Shown one piece after another: positions 9,262 to 19,859 of a stretch of 64,000 nt of DNA. The DNA lies in the NCBI GenBank assembly GCA_002011125.2, contig MTMF02000009.1:1768989-1832988 (forward strand). The letters are read 5' to 3'. The stretch is from Candidatus Hydrothermarchaeum profundi. Lineage in GTDB: Archaea > Hydrothermarchaeota > Hydrothermarchaeia > Hydrothermarchaeales > Hydrothermarchaeaceae. Within the stretch, counting starts at the first letter, position 1; every line of letters starts with the position of its first letter. The notes beneath the pieces are model-generated. The model made no database searches, was not told the DNA's origin, and was given only the letters and a program-made list of their open reading frames with translations. A program made the position numbers and the translations under genes.

Positions 9262-12200
9262 ATGCTGAGAGGAATCCTCCTAATAATTCTTTTTCTGGCA
9301 TTAACCCCTACTGTGGAGGCATCAATAAAGGTAGTGAATAGGTCAACTCCCGCCTGCTATTCAGGCGAGTATCACCAGACAATACAATCAGCAGTTGACT
9401 CAGCGGCTAGTGGAGATTCCATAATAATTTGTCCTGGAATCTATAGCGAAAATATTGATATAGGGTTGCCGCTTGAGATTAAATCTTACTCCCAAGATTA
9501 TGCTGACACAGTAGTACAAGCTGCTATCGCAAGCGATAATGTCTTTGAGATAACCGCAGGCAACGTTAATCTCAGCAGCCTTACAATCACAGGTGCTAAT
9601 GGGAGTAACGCCGCAGGAGTATACATCTTCGGGGCAAAGGAGTGTAATATCACGAATAACAAGATTAGCGGAAATTGGTACGGGATTAAAACTAGATCAT
9701 CTAGTAATAATGTATTTTTTAATAATAACTTAAGTTTAAATACAGAAAGCGGGATTGCCCTAGGGACTTCAAGTAATAATGTCATAATAAGAAATAAGAT
9801 TTCATACAATAACTATGGGATTTTATTAAGAGATTCTATTAATAACCTACTTTCAAATAATTCGGTGCTAAATAATTACTATAGTGGATTATTCTTGGAT
9901 TTTTCAGGTAGTAATACTATCGCTAATAATAATATTAGCCTCAACTACGACTATGGAATCTATATCTACTCCTCAAACAGCAACTATATTTATAATAATC
10001 TTTTCAATAACACCTACAATTTTTACCTCTTCTCTACTATTAATGAATGGAATACTTCTACAACGCTAGGCTCTAATATAATAGGCGGGCCAACTATAGG
10101 AGGTAACCTTTGGGCTACACCGCTGGAATCAGGCTTTTCACAGAACTGCCAAGACAGCGATCATGATAGGATTTGCGATTCTGGTTTTGTCTTAGATGAT
10201 GATAACATAGATTATTTACCTATAGCCCTAGGTAACATAAGAAACTTGGAGACAGGTAAAAGATTTTCTTCTATACAATCTGCGATAGATGACCCTGAAA
10301 CAGATATCGGCCACACGATAGTGGTGCCGCAGGGGTACTACAGTGAGAACGTTAAATTGAACAAATCCATTAATTTAATTAGCACAGGTAAACCTACAAT
10401 AATTAATGCTAGCAAACCTGATTATACGCTGGAGATATCAGTAAGCTATGTAAACATTAGCGGCTTCACGATAACAGGAGCTTCAAGCTGGGAATCTTCT
10501 GGAATTTTTGTTTCCAATGCAGACTACTGCGATATCAGTAACAGCAATATCTCATATAACTGGCATGGGATTACCTTAGAATATTCCGATAACTGTACTC
10601 TGATAAATAATTCAATCCAATATAATTCCGGTTTTGGGGTGATATCAGAATACTCTCTTTCTAGTACTATTAGTGGTAATAGTGTAAATCTTAATGGAGC
10701 AACAGGGATACATATTTTTTCTTCTAACAATAATCTTCTAGAAAAAAATGAGATAAACTATAATGAAAGAGGTATTTATCTTCAAGAATCTGAATCAACC
10801 CGCATTGTAGATAACACTATAAATTCTAACACCTATGAAGGGATAACTCTACGAAGTGCTAATAGTAATTTGATAAGACATAACAATGCAACCAACGGGT
10901 ACATTGGATTATACTTAATATTTTCAAGCGACTTCAACGTTATTTCTGATAACAATCTTTCTCTTAATAACAGGCAGGGGGTTTATCTTAGCTATTCTCA
11001 AAATAATACCCTTGCAAATAACACTATAACGCTAAACGGGGATTCAGGCATATATCTTAGATCTTCCGGTAATAACAATTTCTATAACAACTTCTTCAAT
11101 AACTCTCTAAATGTCTTCTTTTACGATGAGGCTCCTAACAAATGGAATACTACCAAGCGATCCGGCTTAAATATCCTAGGCAGAGAAGATATTGGCGGCA
11201 ATTACTGGGCTACTATCGGTGGCTCTGGCTTCAGCGAATTATGCATAGATGAAGATGGCAATAGTATCTGTGACGGCTATTATGCTTTAAACCCGGGTAA
11301 TGTCGATTTCTTCCCACTATTCTATGAAACTGATCCTCCAATAATCGAGATAATTGGTAACGCATCTGTTAATAACAGCCTCCATAATAGTGCAATTACA
11401 TTCAACGCTAGTGTTTCTGATTTAAGATCCAATATATCTTCATGCCTTCTTGAACTAGATAGCATAAATGTTAGCATGCTTCTCGAGGGCACCGGTAAAA
11501 ATGTTACATGCGGATATGCCTCATACAATCTAACTGAGGGAGAGCATAAATACTCTATCTACGCTAGCGATGCCTCTGGAAATATCAACCAAACCTCTAT
11601 TTTAACGCTAGTAGTAGACTCTACGCCGCCTATAGTCTCGCTAGTAAGCCCCATAGACAACTATAATTCCTCTAACCAAAGCTTATTCTTCGAATTCACA
11701 GCCTCCGATAACCTTTCATCTGCTCTCCTATGCAGCATCTATGTAGACGGAAGCAAAGAATGGTCAGGATACGCTTCAAATGCAACTCTTCCTCTTGCTG
11801 AAGAACTCCACAGCTGGTATGTCAGCTGCTCAGATCAAGCTGGTAACAGGGGGTTCTCAAAGGAGTATACTTTTTTAATCGACTTAACACCTCCAACTAT
11901 AGATATATCTTCTCCTTTAGAGAAATTATACTCTTCTAGGCAGATAATGTTAAACACCTCCTCGGGGGAAGAAGTTGAAACCTGGGGGTACTCGCTTAAT
12001 GGCGGCGGAAACATCACTTTTACTCCTGCTATAACCATTTCTATATCTGAAGGTCTGAATACTCTCTTTGTATACGCTAGAGACTACGCGGGGAACACTA
12101 ATAGTGCTAGAATAGACTTCACCGTAGATACCATTGCTCCCTCTATTACTATATTGTCACCTGAAAACACCGTATATGCAGATAACACTATTACAATAAA

Positions 12201-14532
12201 CATAACCACCGATGAGAGCAGCAACATATCCTACTCTCTAAATAATGCAGAAAATGTTTCTTCCAACAATCTATCTACCAGCTTTGAAACATATACATCA
12301 GGAGCCGAAGGATTAAACTGCGTAGACATCTACGTGAGAGACAAGGCGGGAAACCTTAACTCGACCCAGGTCTGCTTCATAATAGACACAGTTAATCCCC
12401 TAATCGAGGTTACTTCACCTCAAAATCACTCCTATGGCTCATATACTATAGATCTTAACGCTTCATCAAACGAAGCCATCTCCCTATGGCAGTACTCCTT
12501 AAATGGGGACCCAATGACTAATTTCACTCCTAACATGACTATAAATGGCCTTGAAGGAGAGAATAATATAACAGTCTACGCTTTAGATAGTGCAGGTAAC
12601 ATAGCTAATACAACGATATACTTCTATATTGATACAATCCCCCCGGAGATCACTATTCTGACATCTAATAACTCCAACTTCTCTGGAGAAATAAATCTCT
12701 CCTGGACCCTACAGGACTCTTCACCTTTCACCGTAGATTTTTATTTGAATGGTAGTTTAAACCGGACGAATACTACCGACGGATGCTCTTTTGGCAATTT
12801 AGAGGAAGGAGTCTATTTATGGAGAATAGAAGCTACCGATTCGCTTGGAAATAAACACCAAAGCAAAGCTTATATATTCACAGTTGACATCACAGCCCCG
12901 CTTATCATAAACGCCACTATATCTGCCGAGAAAGCCCTAATACAAGACGGCATAGAGATATCAGTTAATGCGGTGGACAACTCTACAGGAACACGATCAA
13001 TATTAGCGGAGATAAATGAGGCCAATCTAACCTTTTCAAACCAAAGCCTATGGTTAACTAGCGAAGGATTCTATCATTTAACCGGCATCTATGCCGTAGA
13101 TTATTCTGGCAACATGGGATATTTCCCTATAGACTCTTCTTTCGCCATCTATAACGATACCACTTCACCTTCAATTATAATCCACTACCCAATGCCATAT
13201 ACAAATCTCTCTTCCAACTCCTGGGAGCTGAACTGGTCATCAACTGATATCTTTCCAGTAGCTTCTGCTATACTCTTAGACGGCTCAATAGTAGCGGAAG
13301 ATGTAGAGACTACTAGTGGATATAATATCCTCGAGATTACCGCAAGCGAGGGGTTTCATAACATATTAGTAGAGGTAAGTGATACAGCTGGAAACAAGAA
13401 CTCAGCAGAAGTACCTTTTATTATTGACCTTACTTTGCCCGAAGCAGGTAAGCCTACCATTATGCGGGAAAACATAACCGAGGGAGAGATGATTAAAATA
13501 AAAATAAAAGCCACTGATTCACTCACCGGAGTAGAGGACATTTTTATCGTGATAGAAGGTCAGAATTACTCAATGGAAAGAGAAGGCGAGTACTTCTGGC
13601 TGAAGCATCCCTTCGATGTCGGACTCTACACTATCGCAGGGTTCTATATACATGACTATGCTGGAAACCTAGACTACGTAGAATATAATACCTCTTTTAG
13701 AGTGGAAGAGAGGCCGAATTTCATCTCTTTATCGTTTGCTAGCGGAGGTGGAGGCAGTATAACTAAAAAACCTGTATTCAAGGAGGGCTTTAACGTTTTG
13801 ACCCCAGAGCTTATGAAGGACTTACTCAAGGACCAAAACATGTTGCAAGGTGAATTTTACAAGACCAATCGGTCAATATATCCAACCCTCGTTCTGACAG
13901 CAAGGAGCAAAGGTAAGTATCCCGCGCCGGATATGAACCTTGGCGGACTAAATATTAGCATATTAAAGGGTGATCTCTACGAGTTATGCGCTCAAGAAGT
14001 CTTAACAAGCCTCCGTAAAGCCGAGTCTATAGTCATCGCTAGAGGAGATATTGAGGCAGATTCTATTTCTGCGATAGCTTACGCCAAGGCTATTAATGCG
14101 CCCATACTTCTTACCGATCCTATAGTTCTACCTGAAGTCATATATAATGCTACAGAAGCATTAAAGCCGGAGAAAATAATAATTATTGGAGGCGAAAAGG
14201 CTATCTCCCGGGAAGTGGAGTGGAAGCTCGCCATGCTAGCAGGTGTAAGGAGAATCGCGGGTAAGAATAGAGAAGAAACTGCAGCAAATGTTGCTGGAGC
14301 TATTAAAGAAACTGCTATACCGGATACTATTATAATAGCGGACGGCGAGAGACCTGCGGCAGAAGCCGCTATCTTGGCCTATAGTCTTGATGCACCTGTG
14401 CTTTACTCTAATGCTGAGGAAATACCTCCACCTACGAAAGAGTTTCTAAAAAACATTGACCAAAAAACTAAAATTATTCTAGTAGGACTAGGTAATTTCG
14501 AACTTAACTATCTTATTTTTTCCGAGAGGTAG
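9262..14532 (+). CDS. Large secreted surface glycoprotein: two NosD/parallel beta-helix modules, Ig-like repeats, C-terminal CWB2 repeats
   Basis: Signal peptide; Asn-rich GI-x-L..S.NN beta-helix repeats; repeated D-x-AGN and D-x-TPP Ig-like motifs; IVIARGD, APILLT, IIIGGEKAIS and RIAGKNREETA (CWB2); many N-x-S/T sequons. Confidence 0.85.
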   Translation: MLRGILLIILFLALTPTVEASIKVVNRSTPACYSGEYHQTIQSAVDSAASGDSIIICPGIYSENIDIGLPLEIKSYSQDYADTVVQAAIASDNVFEITAGNVNLSSLTITGANGSNAAGVYIFGAKECNITNNKISGNWYGIKTRSSSNNVFFNNNLSLNTESGIALGTSSNNVIIRNKISYNNYGILLRDSINNLLSNNSVLNNYYSGLFLDFSGSNTIANNNISLNYDYGIYIYSSNSNYIYNNLFNNTYNFYLFSTINEWNTSTTLGSNIIGGPTIGGNLWATPLESGFSQNCQDSDHDRICDSGFVLDDDNIDYLPIALGNIRNLETGKRFSSIQSAIDDPETDIGHTIVVPQGYYSENVKLNKSINLISTGKPTIINASKPDYTLEISVSYVNISGFTITGASSWESSGIFVSNADYCDISNSNISYNWHGITLEYSDNCTLINNSIQYNSGFGVISEYSLSSTISGNSVNLNGATGIHIFSSNNNLLEKNEINYNERGIYLQESESTRIVDNTINSNTYEGITLRSANSNLIRHNNATNGYIGLYLIFSSDFNVISDNNLSLNNRQGVYLSYSQNNTLANNTITLNGDSGIYLRSSGNNNFYNNFFNNSLNVFFYDEAPNKWNTTKRSGLNILGREDIGGNYWATIGGSGFSELCIDEDGNSICDGYYALNPGNVDFFPLFYETDPPIIEIIGNASVNNSLHNSAITFNASVSDLRSNISSCLLELDSINVSMLLEGTGKNVTCGYASYNLTEGEHKYSIYASDASGNINQTSILTLVVDSTPPIVSLVSPIDNYNSSNQSLFFEFTASDNLSSALLCSIYVDGSKEWSGYASNATLPLAEELHSWYVSCSDQAGNRGFSKEYTFLIDLTPPTIDISSPLEKLYSSRQIMLNTSSGEEVETWGYSLNGGGNITFTPAITISISEGLNTLFVYARDYAGNTNSARIDFTVDTIAPSITILSPENTVYADNTITINITTDESSNISYSLNNAENVSSNNLSTSFETYTSGAEGLNCVDIYVRDKAGNLNSTQVCFIIDTVNPLIEVTSPQNHSYGSYTIDLNASSNEAISLWQYSLNGDPMTNFTPNMTINGLEGENNITVYALDSAGNIANTTIYFYIDTIPPEITILTSNNSNFSGEINLSWTLQDSSPFTVDFYLNGSLNRTNTTDGCSFGNLEEGVYLWRIEATDSLGNKHQSKAYIFTVDITAPLIINATISAEKALIQDGIEISVNAVDNSTGTRSILAEINEANLTFSNQSLWLTSEGFYHLTGIYAVDYSGNMGYFPIDSSFAIYNDTTSPSIIIHYPMPYTNLSSNSWELNWSSTDIFPVASAILLDGSIVAEDVETTSGYNILEITASEGFHNILVEVSDTAGNKNSAEVPFIIDLTLPEAGKPTIMRENITEGEMIKIKIKATDSLTGVEDIFIVIEGQNYSMEREGEYFWLKHPFDVGLYTIAGFYIHDYAGNLDYVEYNTSFRVEERPNFISLSFASGGGGSITKKPVFKEGFNVLTPELMKDLLKDQNMLQGEFYKTNRSIYPTLVLTARSKGKYPAPDMNLGGLNISILKGDLYELCAQEVLTSLRKAESIVIARGDIEADSISAIAYAKAINAPILLTDPIVLPEVIYNATEALKPEKIIIIGGEKAISREVEWKLAMLAGVRRIAGKNREETAANVAGAIKETAIPDTIIIADGERPAAEAAILAYSLDAPVLYSNAEEIPPPTKEFLKNIDQKTKIILVGLGNFELNYLIFSER

Positions 14533-14689
14533 GTTACACTTGCTCTCTCTTAATGTTCATCTTTTTGTATATACTAACTATGTTGGAACTGTCACAGCTA
14601 GGGCACTTTATTTCTTCCCCTTCCGCAGCTTCGTAGGATATCCTAAACATCTTACCGCAATCATCGCACACCATTATTTTTTCGGCCAT
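14513..14689 (-). CDS. Small zinc-ribbon protein (FmdB-like), 58 aa, absent from the ORF track
   Basis: Manual translation MAEKIMVCDDCGKMFRISYEAAEGEEIKCPSCDSSNIVSIYKKMNIKREQSVTYLSEK; CxxC...CPxC; GGAG upstream; co-directional with the upstream operon. Confidence 0.75.
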
Positions 14690-14724
14690 CCTTCTTCTCC
14701 ACTTAAACTGATCTCATCTAGTAT

Positions 14725-15321
14725 TTATGCTTTCTCAAGTTTTAAAAATATTTCCTCCAACCTTTTTCCCTGATCTCTAAGTAGGTAAAGTCCTAAGCTA
14801 ATTACTACAGTAGAGATGGCTGTTACTAGTCCGACTAAACCTACGTGCTGGAAAGAAAACCATTTCAAAGGCGTGTATCCACCAACATAATCGAGATAGT
14901 CATTTATCCCAAACCAAAATATAGCCAAAAAAGGATAAATTCTGCGATAATTGATAGTGTGAAGTAAAACCACGGGCTCGATTATCATCCCAAAATGTAA
15001 GGCGAACATCAGGTAATAAAAGGACCTGTTTCCTGGGGAGAGGAAATAGTCCGAATAGAAAAGTATGACGAATAACGTCCAGAAACCATATTTTATCACC
15101 GCAACGGAGGCTAAATAGCTGAGAGCATCCACTTTTCTACCTAAGAATATTAAGCCAACTGCTATCGCAAACATGAAGGTGGAACCAGGACTATCAGGGA
15201 TAAAAGCCCATACAATTTTGGGGGTTATTTCTAACTGCCACTTATAGTAGAAAAACCCTGCAATGGTACCAAGAATGTTAATTATAAACACCATTGATAG
15301 GATAAGCTTATAGCGCTTCAT
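14725..15321 (-). CDS. DUF1405-like integral membrane protein
   Basis: GTIAGFFYY..QL, FIPDSP, KYGFWT, H.GM and NDYLDY motifs; several TM helices. Confidence 0.8.
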   Translation of the reverse strand: MKRYKLILSMVFIINILGTIAGFFYYKWQLEITPKIVWAFIPDSPGSTFMFAIAVGLIFLGRKVDALSYLASVAVIKYGFWTLFVILFYSDYFLSPGNRSFYYLMFALHFGMIIEPVVLLHTINYRRIYPFLAIFWFGINDYLDYVGGYTPLKWFSFQHVGLVGLVTAISTVVISLGLYLLRDQGKRLEEIFLKLEKA

Positions 15322-16220
15322 TTTCTACCGTATTTAACCTTATGATGTTTATCGTATGGCTCCACATGAACCAGAGCATAGTTTATTTCTGGGAATTTCT
15401 CAACTATTCTATCCTGTATTATAGTGGCTATCTCATGAGCCTTCTCTATAGAGAGGGATTCATCAACACAGACATGGAGGTCCACGGTGGCAAATGCTCC
15501 AACAGCGTGTATCCTGATATTATGAATGCATCTAGCGCCAGGGACTTTCTCCGCTGCATTCTTTACTTCTTCTATCAACCCGGGGGAAGGCACGGTGCCT
15601 ATCAGTTGTTCAACGTTTTCCTTGCCTACGCTTACGCCCATCTTTAATATGAGTAGTGCTATAATAAAACCTGCTATTGGATCTAAGATTGGAAAGCCAA
15701 GGCCTGCACCAATAAGGCCTGCAATAACTATGAAAGACGAATATATGTCCCCCCTATAGTTCATCGCCCCGGCCTTAAGAGCTGGGCTTTTAATTTTCTC
15801 TGATACCTTTAAAGTATATCTAGCCATCCACTCCTTCAATAGGACTGTAGGAATAATAGCTAAGACCGCAAGTACTTCTGGAGGACCTGTCACCTTCATC
15901 GCCTTTAGAACGGAATGCCGTGCTATCTCGAAGCCTAATACACATAATATTATAGATGCTATTAATCCCGCTAAAGGCTCGAGGTCGCCATGTCCATATG
16001 GATGCTCTTCATCCGGATATTTTACAGCTTTCTTTAAACCAACCCAGACCACTAGCGACATTACAAAGTCCGAAAAGGAGTCTACCGCGTCAGCAATTAT
16101 AGCCGTGCTATTTGAGATCACTCCAATAACGAACTTAAAAATGGTTAGAAAAAAATTTCCCACGATACCATACTCTGCTGCTCGTTTACCAGCTCTGGTT
16201 CTTTCTTCTATCATGTCCAT
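15318..16220 (-). CDS. Cation diffusion facilitator (FieF-like) transporter
   Basis: ADAVDSFSD, PDEEHPYGHG, six TM helices, C-terminal VDLHV...VHVEP domain. Confidence 0.9.
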   Translation of the reverse strand: MDMIEERTRAGKRAAEYGIVGNFFLTIFKFVIGVISNSTAIIADAVDSFSDFVMSLVVWVGLKKAVKYPDEEHPYGHGDLEPLAGLIASIILCVLGFEIARHSVLKAMKVTGPPEVLAVLAIIPTVLLKEWMARYTLKVSEKIKSPALKAGAMNYRGDIYSSFIVIAGLIGAGLGFPILDPIAGFIIALLILKMGVSVGKENVEQLIGTVPSPGLIEEVKNAAEKVPGARCIHNIRIHAVGAFATVDLHVCVDESLSIEKAHEIATIIQDRIVEKFPEINYALVHVEPYDKHHKVKYGRK

Positions 16221-16223
16221 GTG

Positions 16224-16709
16224 TTACTCCTCTTTACGTTTGATCTCCTTAGCAGGGACTCCTCCCACAAAGGTTCCAGAATTAACATCCTTGTTTACTA
16301 GAGCACATGCTGACACGACAGCACCATCCCCTATAGTTACCCCTGGGAGAATGGTCGAATTGGCTCCGATCATAACATTTTTCCCTATTCTTACCCTGCC
16401 GGTTCGCCACTCATCAACCAAAAACTCGTGCCCTAAGATAGTGGCATTATACCCGATGACGGTGTTATCCCCGATCTCAATAAGCTCTGGAAAAAATATG
16501 TCAAACATAGCCATCAAGCCTACAGAAACATTCCTACCAACTTTCATTCCTAACATTCTATATAGATAGTTTTTAAGAGAAAGAGAGGGAAGAAATCTAC
16601 ATGCATAGATAACAATAAAATTAAAGGCTACGCGCAGAGGATTCCTTATCTTGTACCACCCACACATGGAATTTTTGCCTTTGACCTTATGGACCTCCAG
16701 ATCTCTCAT
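16224..16709 (-). CDS. Hexapeptide-repeat acyltransferase
   Basis: IGDNTVIGYNATILGHE, IGKNVMIGANSTILPGVTIGDGAVV, GGVPAK; start at ATG 16709 behind GGAGG. Confidence 0.88.
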   Translation of the reverse strand: MRDLEVHKVKGKNSMCGWYKIRNPLRVAFNFIVIYACRFLPSLSLKNYLYRMLGMKVGRNVSVGLMAMFDIFFPELIEIGDNTVIGYNATILGHEFLVDEWRTGRVRIGKNVMIGANSTILPGVTIGDGAVVSACALVNKDVNSGTFVGGVPAKEIKRKEE

Positions 16710-18456
16710 CTCTGACCTCCAAACCATATCTTACTATAGGACACCTTCGATGACATCTCCCACAAGATATGCAGTTATCATTTATCCATGCCTTGCCATC
16801 CCTTATTTCAATAGCATTATTTTTACACTGGCTCAGACATACTCCACAGCCGAAGCAGTGGGTAGCTCTCTCCGCTATAGACTTAATAACCTTATTACAG
16901 TTATCCCCATTGAAAAAATGTCCATTAACCTCAAATCCCCCTTTAGTAAATTTTACCTCCCCTAGAACTCTTGCGAAGTTAACCGTCCTTTCAAAGTCGA
17001 ATCTTCCATCACTACCATACTCAAACCTCGTTACAGCCACTCCTACTCTGCCTGCAACTTCTCTCTGTGCCTTCCCAGGGTTTCTCCATCTCCAAAAACC
17101 ATGATTTATGGCCTTCTCACTTAATCCAGACTTTTTAAGAACCGATTCCCATCTCCTCCACAAGTCGGGATGTATCCTTTTCAATATCTCTATCTCAGCA
17201 AGATCAGATCCAGGGCAAGCCCAGCACCCAAGCCTCTCCATCCCATACTCGTAGAGGTGATTTACCTCAGCTCCTTCCATTAAGATATAAAGCCATATAT
17301 GCAGGGCTGTCCAATTCTGCACAGGACTGGCTGCCAGCTGGGAGAGAATCCAAGGATTTCTCCACACCCTGCTGCTCTTTGACCTAACCTCTGACTCGAA
17401 TTTCCTTTGACCTATAAAGCTGATGCAACCTTCCCTAAACTTCTCATTTATTAATCTCGCAATTGGCCCAAGCTTAATTAACTTGCAACACCATCTATAG
17501 TCTCTGCCAGGAGGCCCAAAATATTCTACGCCTTCCCAAAATCTATCACCACAGTCTATTTTTATAAACTCCAATCCCAACCTCTCCACGATTCTTTCAG
17601 CGTATTCAACGATCTCCGGGAACTCTATGCCTGTGTTCGTAAAAACAACTTTAACATCCGGTATAACCTTCTTAACAAGGAGGAGAGTAGCTAAGCTATC
17701 CTTACCACCACTAAAGGCTACAACTTTAGGCTCCCTCCTCTTAGCAATCCTCCTGATAAACTCTAAAGCCTCTTTTTCCATCGCCTCGACTACATACTTA
17801 TTTGCCTCAAGAACCGTCTTCCAGTCTTGCCCGCCTTCTAACTCTCTTGCCTCAGAGGGGTGCGAGTATCTCCTTACCTTGACGAACATTCCTTTCTTCT
17901 TCTCTTTAGCCTCTAATGCGCTCATCCTGCTTCTGCCTACACCAATGACATTCCCTTTCCATACTATGTATACCTCATCGCCCTGGAGTATGTCTTCATC
18001 AAAAGATACAACCCCCGGCAATAATATGCTGGCTCCATTGAGTATATACGGCCCTGCGCTCTCGCTAATTTCAACGAACTTTTTTCCCTTGTTCTTCCAT
18101 ATCCTCCTCGCACCTTCGACCCTTGGAAGAAACTCGAAATCCATCTTTTCCGCATTAAACTTTAAAACCCCTTGAACTCTGCCATCTATAATTACTTCAT
18201 CAAACCGGTCATACCCTGGAGCTTTATTCAACACAGCTACCTTATCAGAGGGTATTAACTCGCAGTTGAAATGTTTTTTAATCGTCTCGTTTATAAGCTC
18301 GATATCTCCTGCTAAAGCAGGACGCACATCGCCAGGAGGAGTGACCTCTACCTTTTCTGTGTTTCCCCTGCAGACGCCACATTTTTTTCCCAGTACCGGA
18401 ACATTGCAGTTTATGCACCAGTATAGCTTCACTCTGCCGAAGTAGGGCATCTTCAT
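16687..18456 (-). CDS. Phosphoadenosine phosphosulfate reductase family protein with Zn ribbon, PUA domain and C-terminal 4Fe-4S dicluster
   Basis: WCINCNVP..CGVC, PUA-like NGASILLPG, PP-loop FSGGKDS, RWCC, RLGCWACP, two CxxCxxCxxxC motifs. Confidence 0.88.
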   Translation of the reverse strand: MKMPYFGRVKLYWCINCNVPVLGKKCGVCRGNTEKVEVTPPGDVRPALAGDIELINETIKKHFNCELIPSDKVAVLNKAPGYDRFDEVIIDGRVQGVLKFNAEKMDFEFLPRVEGARRIWKNKGKKFVEISESAGPYILNGASILLPGVVSFDEDILQGDEVYIVWKGNVIGVGRSRMSALEAKEKKKGMFVKVRRYSHPSEARELEGGQDWKTVLEANKYVVEAMEKEALEFIRRIAKRREPKVVAFSGGKDSLATLLLVKKVIPDVKVVFTNTGIEFPEIVEYAERIVERLGLEFIKIDCGDRFWEGVEYFGPPGRDYRWCCKLIKLGPIARLINEKFREGCISFIGQRKFESEVRSKSSRVWRNPWILSQLAASPVQNWTALHIWLYILMEGAEVNHLYEYGMERLGCWACPGSDLAEIEILKRIHPDLWRRWESVLKKSGLSEKAINHGFWRWRNPGKAQREVAGRVGVAVTRFEYGSDGRFDFERTVNFARVLGEVKFTKGGFEVNGHFFNGDNCNKVIKSIAERATHCFGCGVCLSQCKNNAIEIRDGKAWINDNCISCGRCHRRCPIVRYGLEVRDERSGGP

Positions 18457-18551
18457 GATAAGAACTTATATATCCCCTGTATTAATAATTATGATAGCTT
18501 ACTAAGAGAAAGCGGTATATATCGCAGTCTCATTTAAGGAAGTGATGCATT

Positions 18552-19400
18552 TTGTCTAGGATTAATGAGAAGTTCGAGGAGCTTAAGAGGAAAAATGAAG
18601 GGGCCCTCATAGGATATCTCACGCTGGGAGACCCTGACATAGAAACATCAAAAAAATTGATCCGTTGCCTATTGGAAAATGTCGACTTATTGGAGATAGG
18701 AATACCCTTTTCTGATCCTATCGCAGATGGCCCTACGATTCAAGCTGCGATAGACCGAGCCTTAAAAGCAGGGGTTAACACAGATATTGCTTTCGAAGCC
18801 GTAGCCGAGCTGCGTAATGGAGGAGTAGAAGAACCGCTAGTATTTATGACCTACTATAATATTATTTTACAATATGGTGAGGAGAGATTCATTAAAAGAT
18901 GCAGTAAAGTAGGAGTAGACGGTATAATAGTATGTGATCTGCCCATTGAAGAGGCGGAAGGAATTTTACAGCAATGCGAAAAATATGGTGTAGATTTTAT
19001 TTTTCTAATAGCTCCGACAACTACCGAAGAGAGAATTAAAAAAATCGTGTCCAGGGCTAAAGGTTTCATCTATCTCGTATCCGTCCTAGGAGTTACTGGT
19101 GCTAGAGGAGAGCTTCAGGAAAGGACTGTAGAGGTAACGAAGTGGGCTTCTCAATATGTTGATATCCCATTGGCAGTAGGCTTTGGGATATCTAAGAAAG
19201 AGCATGTGCAAAGAGTCCTAGAGGCAGGAGCTCAAGGCGCAGTAGTGGGAAGCGCATTCGTAGACATAATTGCTAGAAAGGGGAAAGACGCCTGTGAAGA
19301 ATTAAAAAAACTTTCAGCGGAATTAAAAGAAGGGACAAAGAAAATAAAAGTCCCCACATCTAGAGTTCAAAAGGCATCGGTTATGGAGAACGGAAGCTGA
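18552..19400 (+). CDS. trpA: Tryptophan synthase alpha chain
   Basis: LEIGIPFSDPIADGPTIQ, FMTYYN, DLPIEE, GVTG, VGFGIS, VVGSA. Confidence 0.96.
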   Translation: MSRINEKFEELKRKNEGALIGYLTLGDPDIETSKKLIRCLLENVDLLEIGIPFSDPIADGPTIQAAIDRALKAGVNTDIAFEAVAELRNGGVEEPLVFMTYYNIILQYGEERFIKRCSKVGVDGIIVCDLPIEEAEGILQQCEKYGVDFIFLIAPTTTEERIKKIVSRAKGFIYLVSVLGVTGARGELQERTVEVTKWASQYVDIPLAVGFGISKKEHVQRVLEAGAQGAVVGSAFVDIIARKGKDACEELKKLSAELKEGTKKIKVPTSRVQKASVMENGS

Positions 19401-19783
19401 TGCGTTCAGCAAGCTTAACTGAGACAATTCTTCAGAGTATTGAAAATATCTCGGAAGATTGCAGAATAAGAAGCAGGGAAGGGTATACAGCAGGATACGC
19501 TAGATTAAAGATATCATACTACGAGAAAGTGTTAGAAAAAATTAAACAAGTAATCGGGCCTGTAATTAAAAATGGAGAAAAAATAGAAAACCAGATAGCT
19601 GATGGCGAAATAGTAGACTCGGGGATTAAGCAATTCGAAGTTAAGAGAGGAGTGTTTCTAGAAGTATACGATTACAAGAAGACCACAGCAATCTTTATCC
19701 GGCTTTATCACATTAAGGGAGACAAGGAGTGGCTCGCATTATATATAGATGAGAACCCAGAAACTCCATGGTGGGAAAAATAG
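19400..19783 (+). CDS. Hypothetical protein
   Basis: 127-aa ORF overlapping the trpA stop (TGATG), host-like codon usage; no family recognised. Confidence 0.6.
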   Translation: MRSASLTETILQSIENISEDCRIRSREGYTAGYARLKISYYEKVLEKIKQVIGPVIKNGEKIENQIADGEIVDSGIKQFEVKRGVFLEVYDYKKTTAIFIRLYHIKGDKEWLALYIDENPETPWWEK

Positions 19784-19859
19784 TATATACACATATATAC
19801 AATACTTCCGGTATATATAAATAGTATCACTTGAATATAAATTTTATAACCTAGGGCTG

